From: Torpedo marmorata
Taxonomy: Eukaryota
Assembly: GCA_977017645.1 (NCBI GenBank)
Contig: OZ360247.1
Span: 12,028,001 to 12,092,000 of the forward strand
Reading direction: 5' to 3'
DNA length: 64,000 nt
The translations under genes and the position numbers were made by a program. Shown one piece after another: positions 12,570 to 25,732 of the stretch. Every line of letters starts with the position of its first letter. Position 1 is the first letter of the stretch. A model generated the notes under the pieces. The model saw only the letters and a program-made list of their open reading frames with translations, ran no database searches and had not been told where the DNA came from.

Positions 12570-13975
12570 TTGATAAACCCGAGGTTAGAAAATTCCATGA
12601 TTTTGTGCAATCTGGAGACAAAGTTGGCTCATCTGAAAACTTCAGAAAAGGAAGAGATGAGTCAGTTATTTTTAAAATTTATAAATTTATTTCCCGATGT
12701 GCCTCAGAAAATTTCCATCGCTTATCATGATGTGGATGTCGGAGATGCAAGACCGATAAAACAGCATCCCTATCGAATCAATGCGGAAAAGTGCAAACTG
12801 GTGGATCAGGAAATTGACTACATGGTAAAGAACAATATCATTCGAAAGTCTACTTCCAATTGGAGTTCCCCTTGTGTTTTAGTGCCTAAACCTGATGGAA
12901 CGGTTAGGTTTTGCACTGATTATAGGAAAGTAAATGCTGTAACAAAGACAGATGCTTATCCTATTCCTAGAATAGACGATTTTATAGACAAGGTGGGGAA
13001 GGCCAAATTTCTTACAAAAATTGACTTATTGAAAGGGTACTGGTGTGTTCCTTTGACAAAAAGGGCTAGGGAGATTTCTGCATTCGTAACACCTTTTGGG
13101 CTGTATGAGTATAATGTTATGCCTTTTGGCATGAAGAATGCTCCAGGAACATTTCAGAGAATGATTAATTCAGTAATTCAAGGGTTGAAAAACACAGGTG
13201 CTTACAATGATGATTTAATTGTAAGTAGTGACACCTGGGAAGAGCATGTCTTTGAGCTAAAACAATTGTTCGAACGACTGTCCAAAGCGAATCTCACAGT
13301 TAATTTAAGTAAAAGTGAGTTTGGACATGCTACTGTTATTCATCTGGGTTATGTAGAAGGACAGGGGCAGTTGGTGCCAGTAGAGGCAAAGGTAAGAAAA
13401 CTCTGAGGAGGTTCCTTGGAATGATTGGCTACTACCGCAAGTTCTGTAAAAACTTTGCAGATCTTGCGCTCCCTCTCACAAATTTGCTTAGAAAGAGAGA
13501 AAAATTTGTGTGGTCGACAGGTTTTCAGGAAGCATTTGTCAAAGTGAAAGCCATGTTATGCCACCAACCTGTGCTTAAGTCACCTAATTTAGAACAGCCG
13601 TTTTCTTTAGCCGTGGATGCCAGCGATGAAGCTGTGGGTGTGGTGCTGTTACAGAGGAAGAACGAAGAGGACATTGACCATCCGGTATCCTACTTCTCAA
13701 AGAAGTTCAATGATCATCAAAGGAATTATTCAACCATAGAAAAAGAGTTGTTAGCTCTTGTGTTGGCTCTACAACACTTTGATGTGTATATCTGTACAGC
13801 TCAAAAACCACTCATAGTGTATAATGACCATAATCCATTGGTTTTTCTTTGTAAAATGAAAAATAAGAATTGACGGTTGTTGAATTGGAGTCTAATTTTG
13901 CAATAATATGATTTAGTAATAATACATATAAAAGGGAAAGATAATGTAATTGCTGATTGTCTTTCCAGATGCTAA
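12570..13975 (+). pseudogene. Gypsy reverse transcriptase and RNase H, disrupted
   Basis: RFCTDYRKVN, MPFGMKNAP, YNDD at the YxDD site, AVDASDEAVG, YSTIEKELLA. Break near 13400 and a stop at 13871. Confidence 0.92.
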
Positions 13976-14872
13976 ACTTTATAAATGAAAATAGTTCATA
14001 TTTTGTGTTTGTGGATGAAAATTGTGGGTTTTGTTTATATTGTAACACCTCAATTTCCAAAATTTTGTTCTTGCAGACCAAAATTTTCTTTGTGGGTGGG
14101 AGGTGTTATGGACGGTGACTGACCATTTGGACTGCGGACGGTCAGCAGGAAGGATGAATGAAGTTTTTTGGAGTGCACACTGGGACCTGGTACTGAAAGA
14201 GTTAACTTGCCCAGGACTTCTTGTATTTACCGAGAGAGAGGCACCAGGGGGAGACAAACTGTGGAAAGAGATACTTGGTTGGACTTTTGAAAAAAGGCAG
14301 GTGAAGACCTCTGCAGGACGGCCTTAAAGTTCAGTCGTGGAAAACTGAATCAGTGGCAGTTTTGGAGTTGCAAAGGCGGGAGAACCCAGCAAAATCCAGG
14401 CTTGTGCATCCCAGAGAAAAATGCTGGGAGAAATGTACAGAGCCTCATGAATCAGCAAAATCCAGGCTTGTGCATCCCAGGGGAAAAGGATGGGAGAAAT
14501 ACAAGGCCTTGGTGATTCAGCAAAATCCTGAGTTGAAGGCAACTTTTGTGAAGAACAGGCGTGAGATCAGCGAGACAGGCTGTGAGATCCAAGTACACGG
14601 CTCAATCCTAAACGGATTTGGAGTCGCAATCCTTGTGAAACTACCAGAAGGGAAAGTCATCAGAGAAGAAAAGCAAGCCAAGCGTTCGTAAGCATAAACA
14701 GTCATTGTCTCTCTCTCCAACGTTCATTAAGAAGTCCTTCTTGCCAGCACACAGAGCTGAATTTGGACCCTGAACATAGAGAGTGAATTTTTGTGGACTG
14801 TATTTTGGGACTGACTTGTTTTTATGACTGACCTGGGTTTTTTTGGGGAAGGTTTTCCATTTTTACATGAGG

Positions 14873-17800
14873 TTCTGGATGGTACGCAGAGGATACAATC
14901 TGTTTAACTCCTAGTCCATCAACCACTTGTTGGAAAACGCCTGACATGAAATTACTGCCCTGATCTGATTGAATTTCCCTTGGCAAACCTACCAAGGTGA
15001 AAAACTTTACCATAGCCTTTACAATTGACTTTGCTTTTATGTTTCTCAGAGGAATGGCCTCTGGAAATCTGGTGGCTGCACACATAATTGTTAACAAATA
15101 CTCATTCCCCGCTTTGGTTTTGGGCAATGGGCCAACACAGTCCACAATTACTCTCGAGAAAGGCTCACTGAAAGCAGGGATAGGTTGCAAGGGTGCCACC
15201 AGGGGACCATGATTAGGTTTACCCACCACCTGACAAGTGTGACAGGCCCGGCAAAAGCTTACAACCTCCCTTCTTAAACTGGGCCAATTAAATTGTTTCA
15301 TTATCTTCCGTATAGTTTTCTTCACCCCAAGGTGACCACCTAAGGGTGTACTATGAGCCAAAGTTATTATTGCATCCCTATATACTTTAGGGATCACAAC
15401 CTGCTGCACTACTGCCCATTCTTCATTGGCAGGAACATCACGTGGTCTCCACTTTCTCATCAACACCCCATCTTTTTCATAATAACCTACTGGCACCTTT
15501 TTAATCTCCTCTTCAGAGAGAACCTTATCCCTCACCTCAACAAGATCAGGATCGTCCTTTTGCCTTGCTATTAACTCCTGTCGGGATAGTGACAAATCTG
15601 TGCCTTTAGGTGTCTTATCAGTGGATGGGTGTAACATTGGAGATAGCTCAACCTTTTCCAGGTTTTCTTGATTATCAGTGTCTTTTTCTTTTCCCAAGTT
15701 ATTTTCCACTGCCTTCTCTACAGTGACATTTTTCTTAGACATGGCCCTGGTTATGGCACATGCCGGATAAATATCAGAGTCTTTCTCTGACTCATCAATG
15801 ACTGGCTTAGTGGTCATTCGCACTGCAGGAACTACTTTACCCTTGGCCAAGTCAGTGCCTAACAACAGTGAGACTCCTTCTACTGGCAACTCTGATCTCA
15901 CTCCTATTATAACAGGTCCTTCCACCAAGTCTGAGTCCAACACTATTTTGTGCAAAGGAATGGACTCAACCTCACCACCAATTCCTTTAATTAAATTTAT
16001 GTCACCGGTGTCAGTAGCTTCACAAAATTCCAAGACACTATCTAACACAAGTGACTGAGCAGCTCCAGTATCTCGCAAGATTTTCACTGGAACTTGTTTT
16101 GATCCTGCCTTAACAAAAGGTTTAAATACATCTTTAACTTTGTCAGTAAATTTATCTCCTTCCTGGGTGTTATGCATCTTCTCACTCTGAATACAAGCAT
16201 TAGGTGTTGCATCCTTTTCTCTCTTCTTTTTCAACACTGGACAGCTTGCTAGCATATGACCAGCCTTCCTACAGTAGTGGCAAATGGGACCCGAATTGTT
16301 TTCCCTTTTCCACTTTCCTTCATCCCTTTCCTTAATACCACTTCCAAATTTACTTTCCACTTGCTTCTGATTATCCACAGTGACCTTTTGGAAAATTCTA
16401 CCTGACGTCCACTTTGGCTTGTGGGTTAAAGCATATTCATCTGCTAACTTAGCTGAATTTTGCCAAGTTTTCACCTCCTTTTCATCTAAGTATGCCTTAA
16501 TATCCTCAGGAACACACCTTTTTATCTCCTCGATTATTATCAATTCTCTCAATTGATTGCAATCATTGTTTACTTCCTTAGATGTGCACCACCTGTCAAA
16601 ACACACAACTTTTTCATAGGCAAACTCTGTATAAGATTGGGTTGCTGATCTTTTTAAATTTCTAAACTTCTGTCTATAAGCCTCTGGAACTAACTCATAA
16701 GCCTGGAGTATAGCCTTTTTCACCATTTCATAATCAGCAGCTTGTTCCGTGGTAAGAGTAGAATAAGCTTGCTGAGCTTTTCCTTTTATTACACTTTGTA
16801 ACATAAGAGACCATTGGTCTTGTGGCCATTTTAATTTCACAGCCACTTTCTCAAAATGTTGGAAGTACTTATCTATTTCTGCCTCCTCAAATGGAGGAAC
16901 GAACCTAACTTCTCTACTAGCCAAAAACCACTCAGCAGGATGACGAATTTGATCTTGGCGCTCTTCTTGTCTCCTCTCATTTTCCAACCTCATCTTTTCC
17001 AGCTCATATTTCCTATTTTTCTCCTCATTCTCATATCTCTTTTGTTCTCTGTCTATCTCCATGTCTAATCTCTTTCATTCTAATTCCATGTCCAATTTCT
17101 TTTGTTCCAATTCCAATTTCTTTATTTCCCTGTCTGCCTCTAATTTCTTTAGTTCCAACTGTATGTTTTCAGAAGGTTTACCCTTGGGAAACTGCTCTAA
17201 CATGCTCTCCTCAAACTTTTTTTCTTTTATATAGTATTTGACTATTTTTCTCCCAATCTCTGCCTATTTCATAGATGGTTTTACAGAAGCAATGCCCAAC
17301 TCTGTTGCTATAGCCACTAACTGTTCCTTTTTCGCCTTTTTTAAAGTATCAGCTTCAGGTGATTCCAAAAAATGTTCTACATCCATTGTTGCTGGTTTTT
17401 TGTTACACACACACTAGATTTTAATTAGCTTTACAAAAGGAATGCCTTAAACCAAACTGGGATTCCTTCAATTACCAAGATGGATTTTGATTCAAATCCC
17501 GCAACGAGCCCCCAATTTGTTACAAAATCAAACCAGCAACGACAGAAGACGCAATGCAAAAGGGGTAAAATTGAAATTACTATTTATTAAAGACAATTAA
17601 ACATATAATTTCACAACAATTAACCCCACTATAAACGTCTATAAACACTATTCTTATCTAAAAGGTGTGTGTGTGTGTGTAAAGCCCAGACCATTACAGT
17701 CTGTGCCCAACCCTTATGTAAAAATGGAAAAAAACTTTCCCCAAAAACCCCAGGTCAGTCATAAAAAACAAGTCAGTCAAAAAAAAAGGATAATACAGTC

Positions 17801-18417
17801 TACAAAATCCACTCTCTAAGTTCAGGCTTCAACTTCAGCTCTGTGTCTGGTAGAAGTACTTCTGAATGAACGTTGGAGAGAGACAATGACTGTTTATGCG
17901 TACAAATACTTGTTTTCTTCTCTGATGACGTCCCCTTCTTGTATGTTCATAAGGATTGCAAGTACCAGATCAGTATACCACTGATTTAGGCGTGTGCTTG
18001 AATCTCACAGCTAGTCTCGCTGATCTCACGCCTGTTCTCCACAGAAGTTGCTTTTTCTCAGAATTTCTCTCTGAGACAAGAGGCCATGTGCTCTTCTGCC
18101 AGTGATTTTCTCTGGCTTGCACAAGCCTGGATTTGGCTGTGTCCTGTAGCCTTTGCAACTTACAACTGTCTGCTTTTCCTGCAGAAATCTGCACCTGCTT
18201 TTTGCAAAATTGAAACAAATGTATCTTGTCCAGTCTGTCTCTCTCTGGTCTCTCTCTGTCTGGGTACACCAAGAGTGCAACAATGTATCTTGTTTGGGTA
18301 CACCAAGTAGCTGGGGAAGTTAACTCTTTCAGTACCTGGCCCCAGTGTATACTCCAAAAGACTTCATCCTTCCTGCTGACCGTCCGCAGTCCAAATGGTC
18401 AGTCATGGTCTATAACA
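14873..18417 (-). mobile_element. Gmr1-like Gypsy copy 2, inverted, truncated within integrase
   Basis: LTR 17518-18417, PBS 17491-17514, gag ATG at 17386 with early stops, then open gag-PR-IN 17062-14873 ending at SAYHPE. Confidence 0.95.
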
Positions 18418-18436
18418 TTTCACAGCCACTTTCTCA

Positions 18437-18822
18437 GAAAAAAAAAGAAAAGCATTATCACATGTTCCATTAATCCATCCATAACAGAGTATATATTACA
18501 GATATATATCAATTTTTTTTCTTTACATTATAATACCAACAGGTATAAAAAGAACCAAGCCACAAAAAAAAGATAATATAGTAATTTCATCATAATATTT
18601 TTTTATAAAAGCTAAAGCCATCTAAACTAAGCCTACCACCAAACCCCACCCCAGAATTGCACTGACCTGTAGAAATAATATAACTTCAAATCATGAGGAA
18701 TCATAAACTCTGATAATAGTCGATAAAGGAACCCCAAATATTAGTAAATTTTAGGTTTAATTTAATATTTGAACATCTAATCTTTTCCAATGTTAAATAG
18801 GACATTGAACTTGATAGCCAAT
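18437..18822 (-). mobile_element. L1-clade LINE 3' end fragment
   Basis: Minus strand encodes SYLTLEKIRC...KFTNIWGSFIDYY*, an L1 ORF2 C-terminus, followed by an AT-rich UTR. Confidence 0.65.
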
Positions 18823-19698
18823 CTTCATTTTAGCAAGATTGGTAGGTTCTTGATTAGTCAGGGCATCAAAGGTTATGGGGAGAAGGCCGCGCAGTGGGGC
18901 TGAGTGGGAAAATGGATCAGCTCATGATTGAATGGCGGGGCAGACTCGATGAGCTGAATAGCCTATTTCTGCTCTTATGTCTTATGGTCTTGTGGATTTT
19001 CTTTTTTCACTCCATTTTGAGTAGTCATGGGCCAGGGTTCTCACATTAGTTACATTTTATTTTTATTCCTAGGGGGGCCTTGGAGATCATCCTTGAAGTA
19101 TTTTATTGGCCTAACTAATCTTACTGAATGTCTTTAAGGAAGGGCAGGATATGCCAAAAGATTTGCAAACCAACTCTTCCTGTTTCGATCAGGATGAAGC
19201 CATAGTCAACACATTCAGGGAACAATGGTTTGACTCCACTGTTCAGGTGAAGGGGACAGGTGCAAATCCAGGCCAGAGTACATACCAATGAGTGTGGCCC
19301 AAGGATTTCAGTTTCAGTCTTGCCTCACCTACTCCCACCAGCCCCATTCCCAAACCACCCGAAGCCCACCAGACAAACCACAACCCTCAGCAACCCATCC
19401 CGCAACCTCACCAACATTGCCCTCCATCTTACTTCCATTGCCCAACCCACCCCAGGTAAATATTACCAGCAAATTCAAAAGGTCACCACAAGGGCATTCT
19501 TTTTATTTCTCCAGTTGTCTTTGACCAAAATGATTACCACAGATGCACCCAATAGTACAAACTGATTCTAACTGCAGTCAAGAAAGAGCTCTTTGCAACC
19601 AAAGCCAAGTGCTTTAATTTCAATCTCACACAAGGATCGTCCTCTGATGGGAGGTGAAGGGGGGAGTGGGGTGAGGGAGCAAGGGAGGAAAAACTAAC

Positions 19699-19759
19699 TG
19701 GATTATCCCATTTGTAGCTGAGATCAAATTCCTTCATGAAGTTGGAAATCTCAATCCGA
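19699..19759 (-). CDS. Candidate exon of nested transcript (SRIEISNFMKEFDLSYKWDNP)
   Basis: Acceptor gttcag, donor gttagt, phase 2/0. Both sites are weak. Confidence 0.25.
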
Positions 19760-20244
19760 CTGAACATTCAGTACATCATTTCAAACAGAGAAAAATAACA
19801 TTGTTAGTGTTTTAATCCATGCCAGTGAATAGCGGCTACACGCTTGGTTTCACAGTGAATGCCAAATCCTTCACGGTTTTAAAAATCTGATTTTCTTCCC
19901 TTCTATAAATAGATGTCGTTGGAGGACTAGGAGAGATAAATCTGCCAACACATCCTGTGGACTTGTTAAGATCACCAGTGAAGCCAGAAGTGTAAAACTG
20001 ATTAATGATTCAACACAATGCATTTATCAGCACCTCTCAAAGCAGAATGTGCCGGCAGGTTCACACTCACACCGTTCCACCCACTTGAAGGGCAGTGGAG
20101 AAATGCCAAGGCTGTACCTTGTGGCACAACACACAGGATTCCTCGTTTGGAAACATGACCGCGCTGCCTTGGGCACGCTTCAACTGGTGACACATCAAAT
20201 AGATATTAAGGGCCTTTCTCCAGGACACTCGATATTTACTTAGA

Positions 20245-20617
20245 ACCATAGAACATTACAGCACAGAAACAGGCCCCTTCGGCCCTTCTAGTCGATGCCG
20301 AACCATTTTTCTGCCTAGTCCCACCGACCTGCACCCAGTCCATAGCCCTCCATATCTCTCTCATCCATGTAACTGTCCAAATTCTTCTTAAAGGTTAAAC
20401 TTGAGCCCGCATTCACCACATCAGCTGGCAGGTCGTTCCACACTCCCACCACTCTCTGTGTAAAGAAGTTCCTCCTTATGTTCCCCCTAAACCTTTCCCC
20501 CTTAACCCATGTCCTCTGGTTTGTATCTCACCTAACCTCAGTGGAAAAAGCTTACCTACATTTACTCTGTCTATCCCCCTCATAATTTTAAATACCTTTA
20601 TCAAATCTCTCCTCATT
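20245..20617 (-). mobile_element. CR1 LINE 3' fragment
   Basis: RMRRDLIKVFKIMRGIDRVN...TRGHGL motif. Confidence 0.8.
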
Positions 20618-21080
20618 CTGCTGCGGGGATGAATTAAGAAGCCTTTGCTCAGGGGATGCAGGGGCCTATAATTCAAGTTTCTTTTATTGCCATGTAATAG
20701 TACAGAACATGTAATATTACATGAAATTGCCTTCTGCCTGCCGTAAGGCAGACAAAGAGTCACCATTAGTGTCTCCCGGTGGCCCATACAATAATTGCAT
20801 CACTCTAAAAATGCATAAATAACATGGAGAGAACAACGAGACAGAATGTAAAGAGGAACAATTACAGAGTGCATGCAGAGCTCAGGGGAGGTCACCACGT
20901 CAGAAAGATTCTAAACAAAATGCTGGGGGTGTTCAATCTAGCTTCAGCAGAGAGGCAAACGAGCCAGGATTATACTGTTGATCTGAATCCAGCTGCAGAC
21001 ATACTCATTCTCGATAAAGGGTCCCAGCCTGAAGCGTTGACTGACCATTTCTCTCCACAGACGCTGCCTGACCCGCTGAG

Positions 21081-21826
21081 TCAGAATCAGAATCAGAATC
21101 AGAATTTATTGTCATGAACAAGTCATGAAATTCGGTGTTTTGCGGCAGCATCATAGTGCAATTAACATTCATATTAACCATCTAACGACATTACTATATA
21201 AAAAATTATAAACAATAGTGCACTAGTGTCTTTGGTTCATTGATTGTTCAGGAATCTGATGGCAGCGGGGAAGAAGCTGACCTTGTGCCGTTGAGTGCTC
21301 GTCTTTAGGCTCCTGTACCTTTTCCCCGATGGAAGCATCGTGAAGAGGGCATGGCCTGGGTGGTGGGGGTCCTTGAGGATAGAGGCTGCTTTATTAAGAC
21401 ATCGCCTCATGTAGATGTCCTCGATGGAGTGAAGTTTGGTGCCCGTGATGTCACAGGCCGAGGTAACAACCTTCTGGAGTTTGCTCTTGTCCTGGGAGTT
21501 GGTGCCTCCATACCAGGCAGTGATGCAACCAGCCAGAATGCTCTCCACGGTACACCTGTAAAAGTTCACGAGAGTCTTTGGCGACATACCGAATCTCCGC
21601 AATCGCCTCACAAAGTATAGCCGCTGACGAGCCTTCTTTGTGATTGCATCCACGTGGATGCTCCAGGACAGATCCTCGGAGATGTTGACACCCAGGAATT
21701 TGAAGTTCTTGACCCTCTCCACGACTGAGCCCTCGATGAGGACTGGGTTGTGTTCCCCTGACTTCCTCCTGAAGTCCACAATCATCTCCTTGGTTTTGCT
21801 GAAGTTGAGCTCGAGGTTGTTGTCAT
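21081..21826 (-). mobile_element. Rex1/Babar LINE, 5'-truncated, (ATTCTG)n tail
   Basis: ORF 21237-21851 with NNLELNFSKTKEMIVDFRR...KARQRLYFVRRL...SFFPAAIRFLN. Near-identical to 48394-49552. Confidence 0.9.
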
Positions 21827-22407
21827 TTTGTTCATTACAGAGCACAATCATTGGGCTTTGGATAACCTTTTGACAGGAACAATGTTTTCAAGGATGCTCA
21901 TACATCTCCAGATGCGTCACATGACCTGAACAAAATTTCAGGCAGGTGCCCAAAACTTTGATCATGCGAGCTTTTATATTTTCCCAATCAGGAGATAAAG
22001 AAAAAGAGTTTATGAAGTGAATGCTAGCCTGCTGAAGCAGGAGTTGCTCGTGGTGAAGCAATTAAAGTGGGAGGTAAATGATGTGCTGTGGATTGGGAGG
22101 GGGTCGAGACCTTGGAGGAATTGGGAATCCACAACTATCTCTCCCTGTTGCCTCAATGATGGATTCCACCCGAGTTGTGTTCACCCACCATCTTTACAAG
22201 AGCAATTTTGCAAGATAAATTCTTATTTTAAATGCAGAACACCCAATATCATTAGAAAACACCATGATCAAGTGACAGAGGGAAGATAAACTTTTCGAAC
22301 CAGGGTCGCTGGCGCTGTAATAGCGTCACGTTAACCGTGCACTTCCCTGCAATAATTTTAAACAGCATATAGTAAGCAAATATTCCATAAATCGCTAGCT
22401 GATTAAC

Positions 22408-22543
22408 CTGCTCTGTGTAGGATCAGGTAAGGATGCTGTGTTCTTATTTATCAACCAATCTAGAAGCTCATTTTCCCCTTCAGCCTGAACTGAGAAACCG
22501 TTCTCCTGAAACCTCCCCTCTTTCAATTTGATTTCCAAGAACC
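22408..22543 (-). CDS. Candidate exon of nested transcript (GFLEIKLKEGR...ELLDWLINKN...PTQS)
   Basis: Acceptor tttgactttgcag, donor CAG|gttaat. Only the phase 1/2 frame is open. Confidence 0.3.
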
Positions 22544-22958
22544 CTGCAAAGTCAAACTCAAACATAACGAAGAGAAACACTTTTGGGATATGTGGGATTA
22601 GTTGGGATTTGCAAAAATATTCCAAGTATGCCCACAAAAGTGAAATGAACTCCATTATTCCCAGCTGCAGCGAGCAGAATTCGAGATCGCCGTGGGCGCT
22701 CTAGAGTTAAACCGCAATAAACTTCAACACCACACTTCAGCCAAAAGTCATGGTGCTTCAGGGGAGAGGAGGTGGTTGTGATCCTGCCTTGAATTTCTTG
22801 CAGTTAAATCACTAAAACCATTGACCAAGTTTTAACGCCCCTCACGGTGCAAAAGAAAAAGGTGGTGGGGGAATGTGGTGGATCAGGCAGCATCTGAAGA
22901 GGCAAAGACATGGTTGACATTTCAGCCTGAGGCCCTGCATCAGGACATTCAGGATGCT

Positions 22959-23254
22959 AAGCACCACCAGGTTCAGGAGCAGCTGCTACCTCTCCACCAT
23001 CAGACTCCTCAACAACAAACTCAATCAGGGATTCATTTAAGGACTCTTACTTTTGCACTTTATTGATTTTATTTTTTCTATCTCTTTATTGCACAGTCAG
23101 TTTGTTTATATGTCTTTATTGGTTAACATGTGTACATTGAGAACAGTTTGTTTTTTTTGCACGACCGATAAGTGGTAATCCTGCCTCGCCCGCAGGAAAA
23201 AGAATCTCAGGGTTGTATGTGATGACATGTATGTACTCTGACAACAAATCTGAA
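22959..23254 (+). mobile_element. Rex1/Babar-type LINE 3' tail
   Basis: caccaccaggttcagg...aagaatctcagggttgtatg tail, repeated at 38420-38735. Confidence 0.65.
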
Positions 23255-24238
23255 ATACAAGTTCTCTCAAGGCACCCGTGAATGGCAGCACTCGTAACAC
23301 AGAGAGCTTGCCTTCGTATTGCTGCAGGTTCAGAAGTGTGAGCTCTGACTTGGGGGCGGGGAAGAAGGAGGTGGGGGAGGTGTTTAGGGGGAGGGGTGGC
23401 GAAGTCACACAGTTTGGCTGTATGCAACTGCCCTGTCCTATTGTGAATGACGTGTGCGCCATTGCGTTCATTCCAAAGGTGTTGGACGAAGCCTGCGTGC
23501 GTTACAAGGTTCGCGTCCATAGCGACGACTGGGCAAAAGAAAAACCCACAGCTGGCAAGACTTTTTATACAGTGGCATCACGTCTCCTTTCCGTGCAATC
23601 GGCTCCCTGGGAACCAATGGCCCAGAGAGGCAGGTGAGCGTTAAGCAAAGCCATTACAAATCAGTACAGGACAATGCCCAGGTGTAACAAAGCTGCCGCA
23701 GGAAGTCAACAACAAGCTCTGTTCTGAATGCGGCTAAATGCAGCACATCATGTCATTCCCAGACTGCACAGCTGCCAATCAGAAACATCTTGAGTGTACC
23801 AATATACTTGCCAGGTTCCTCATGGGCAGTATTTGACACGTGGAAAGATGTGACGCTTGACATATGGGAAAATGCAGCAAAATTCCAATCCAGCAACCAA
23901 TTGTTTGGAAATCTGATGGTTCATTGTTTCGTTCACTCATCAGTTCATAACACAAGCTGGGGTGGGGTGGGGGCAGAAAGCAGGCAGCCGGAACCAGTCA
24001 TCTGGAGGGTGGGCCTGGAGTTGGGATCTGGAATACAGGGAGGTCTGTGGCTGGACGGAGTCCAGAGTGCTTATATATTTGCCGCTCCCTTCAAATTTAC
24101 TGCCTTCACTGCAAACTTCATTGCACTACTGTGTAACATATGTGTGGGAAAGAGTTTGGTTATTAATAGGATTAACATCCAGCAGTCAGGAAAGTCTGCC
24201 AGTTCACTATCACCAAGGGTCTCCAGTTTGACAGATAA

Positions 24239-24851
24239 CACTGGACAACGAAGATTTTGTTTCCTGAACTCTTTTGGGTGTATTTTATGTATTTTTGGCT
24301 GCTGATCATGAAAATCACCTTAAATTTTCCTGTCACATACCGTTTTTTTAGATATAACATACTTTTGTGATTTCCTGTCATATTTTAAGTCTACTTCAAG
24401 CATACAAAACCATGAAGTACAACGTCATTGAAAATTAATTTTCTGCATTCACACTTGGACTTCTTCCCTGCTGATCTTGGTGCAGTCAGTGACGAACATG
24501 GTGAAAGGTTTCACCAAGACATTGCGACCATGGAAAAGCGGTATCAGGGCAATTGGAATCCATCAATGCTGGCCGACTATTGTTGGACACTGACACGAGA
24601 GGCATCAGATGCTGAGTACAAACAAAAATCAGCGGCAAAACATTTTTAGGTCAGTTGAACAAATGCAATGTGTCAGCATCATTATGCGATTAAACATGCT
24701 AAATTCAATAAAAGTTAATTTAATGTTTCTCCAACTTCCTACGTGATACGGCAAATCTGAAATTATCTTTGTGTTCAGCTTGAAGTTGTCTATCATAACC
24801 CCCATTTTTCTTTCAGGAAACAAACTTTTTGAAAAAATGTGTTGCCCAGTG
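24239..24851 (+). mobile_element. Chapaev3-type (CMC) non-autonomous DNA transposon
   Basis: Termini CACTGGACAAC...GTTGCCCAGTG. Transposase C-terminal fragment FLHSHLDFFPADLGAVSDEHGERFHQDI...LADYCW. Superfamily call from recalled termini. Confidence 0.8.
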
Positions 24852-25732
24852 TTATCAGAGTTTCTTGCAGGAACACAAATAATCAAAAACCTGTTCCTGG
24901 TTCAGTTTCAATTAGGACTTTGAGGAGGAGGGAAGCATCTCTCGGGCTTGAATATCTGGAGACACTGCCCGCTAGAGAGGGACAAAGGTTCTTATGGGTG
25001 CCCAAAGCCAAGAGCAGTGTCTGCAGACAGCTACTGAGATAAAGAGAAAACCATGAAGGGAGCTCTTAAATACGAGGTACTCCAGGGCCATGAAACAGTG
25101 CAGGTCATCAAGTTCAAGGCCGATAGGCTAAATGAAATTTGGTATGAGGGTAACCTAATGCAGCACATGGTAAGTAGACATTGACAGATGGGAAAGGTCA
25201 CTGATGGACCAATGAGGTTGCGGGTGACAGATCTGCCAAAATCTAGTTCCTTCCATCTAATCTTTGTTACAAGTAAACATGGACCCAGAAATTAAGATCA
25301 TGGCACCCTTTATTTTCCCATTGTTATGTGATTAGAAATGCAATCACCTCACAATGAAATCTGCTAATCCCATAATTTCTTCTTATTGCACAGTGCCCAC
25401 CTCTCCTGCCCCACCTACTCCTCTGGTCTGACTGCCAGCCCTTCCCACATCCTCAGCTGCCAGCCTCCTTGACCAAGGGTCAACAACCCCACGAGGGCAC
25501 ACACAAGCTCCCTGGGACTACGTGTAGCCTCTCTGCACAAGTTGTCTGCAGTCACGCACTCCTCCATTCAAAAATGCAAAGTCCTGACCTTGGGTGTTTC
25601 TGAAATTTGCAGCAAGCAGTTAACATTAGAAATAATCCCCGACACCTTACACAATAAAGCACACCCACTGTGTTGCACAAGGTTTTCTGGGCAATAAAAT
25701 TCGGGAGGTGGTGTTTAAAAATATAAACTTTA

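Larger units (their letters stand above)
8391..14868 (+). mobile_element. Gmr1-like Gypsy LTR retrotransposon, copy 1 (gag-PR-IN-RT-RH order), disabled, 3' LTR truncated
   Basis: 5' LTR 8391-9324 (TG..CA), tRNA-Pro PBS at 9329, gag with CCHC knuckle, integrase upstream of RT, RNase H, PPT gtgggtgggagg 14092-14103, 3' LTR 14104-14868. Confidence 0.95.

Noticed and set aside
22408-22543. Glucagon/GIP-family peptide (ELLDWLINK resemblance)
   Set aside because: No H/Y-x-x-G-T-F N-terminus or dibasic processing sites. The similarity is too short.
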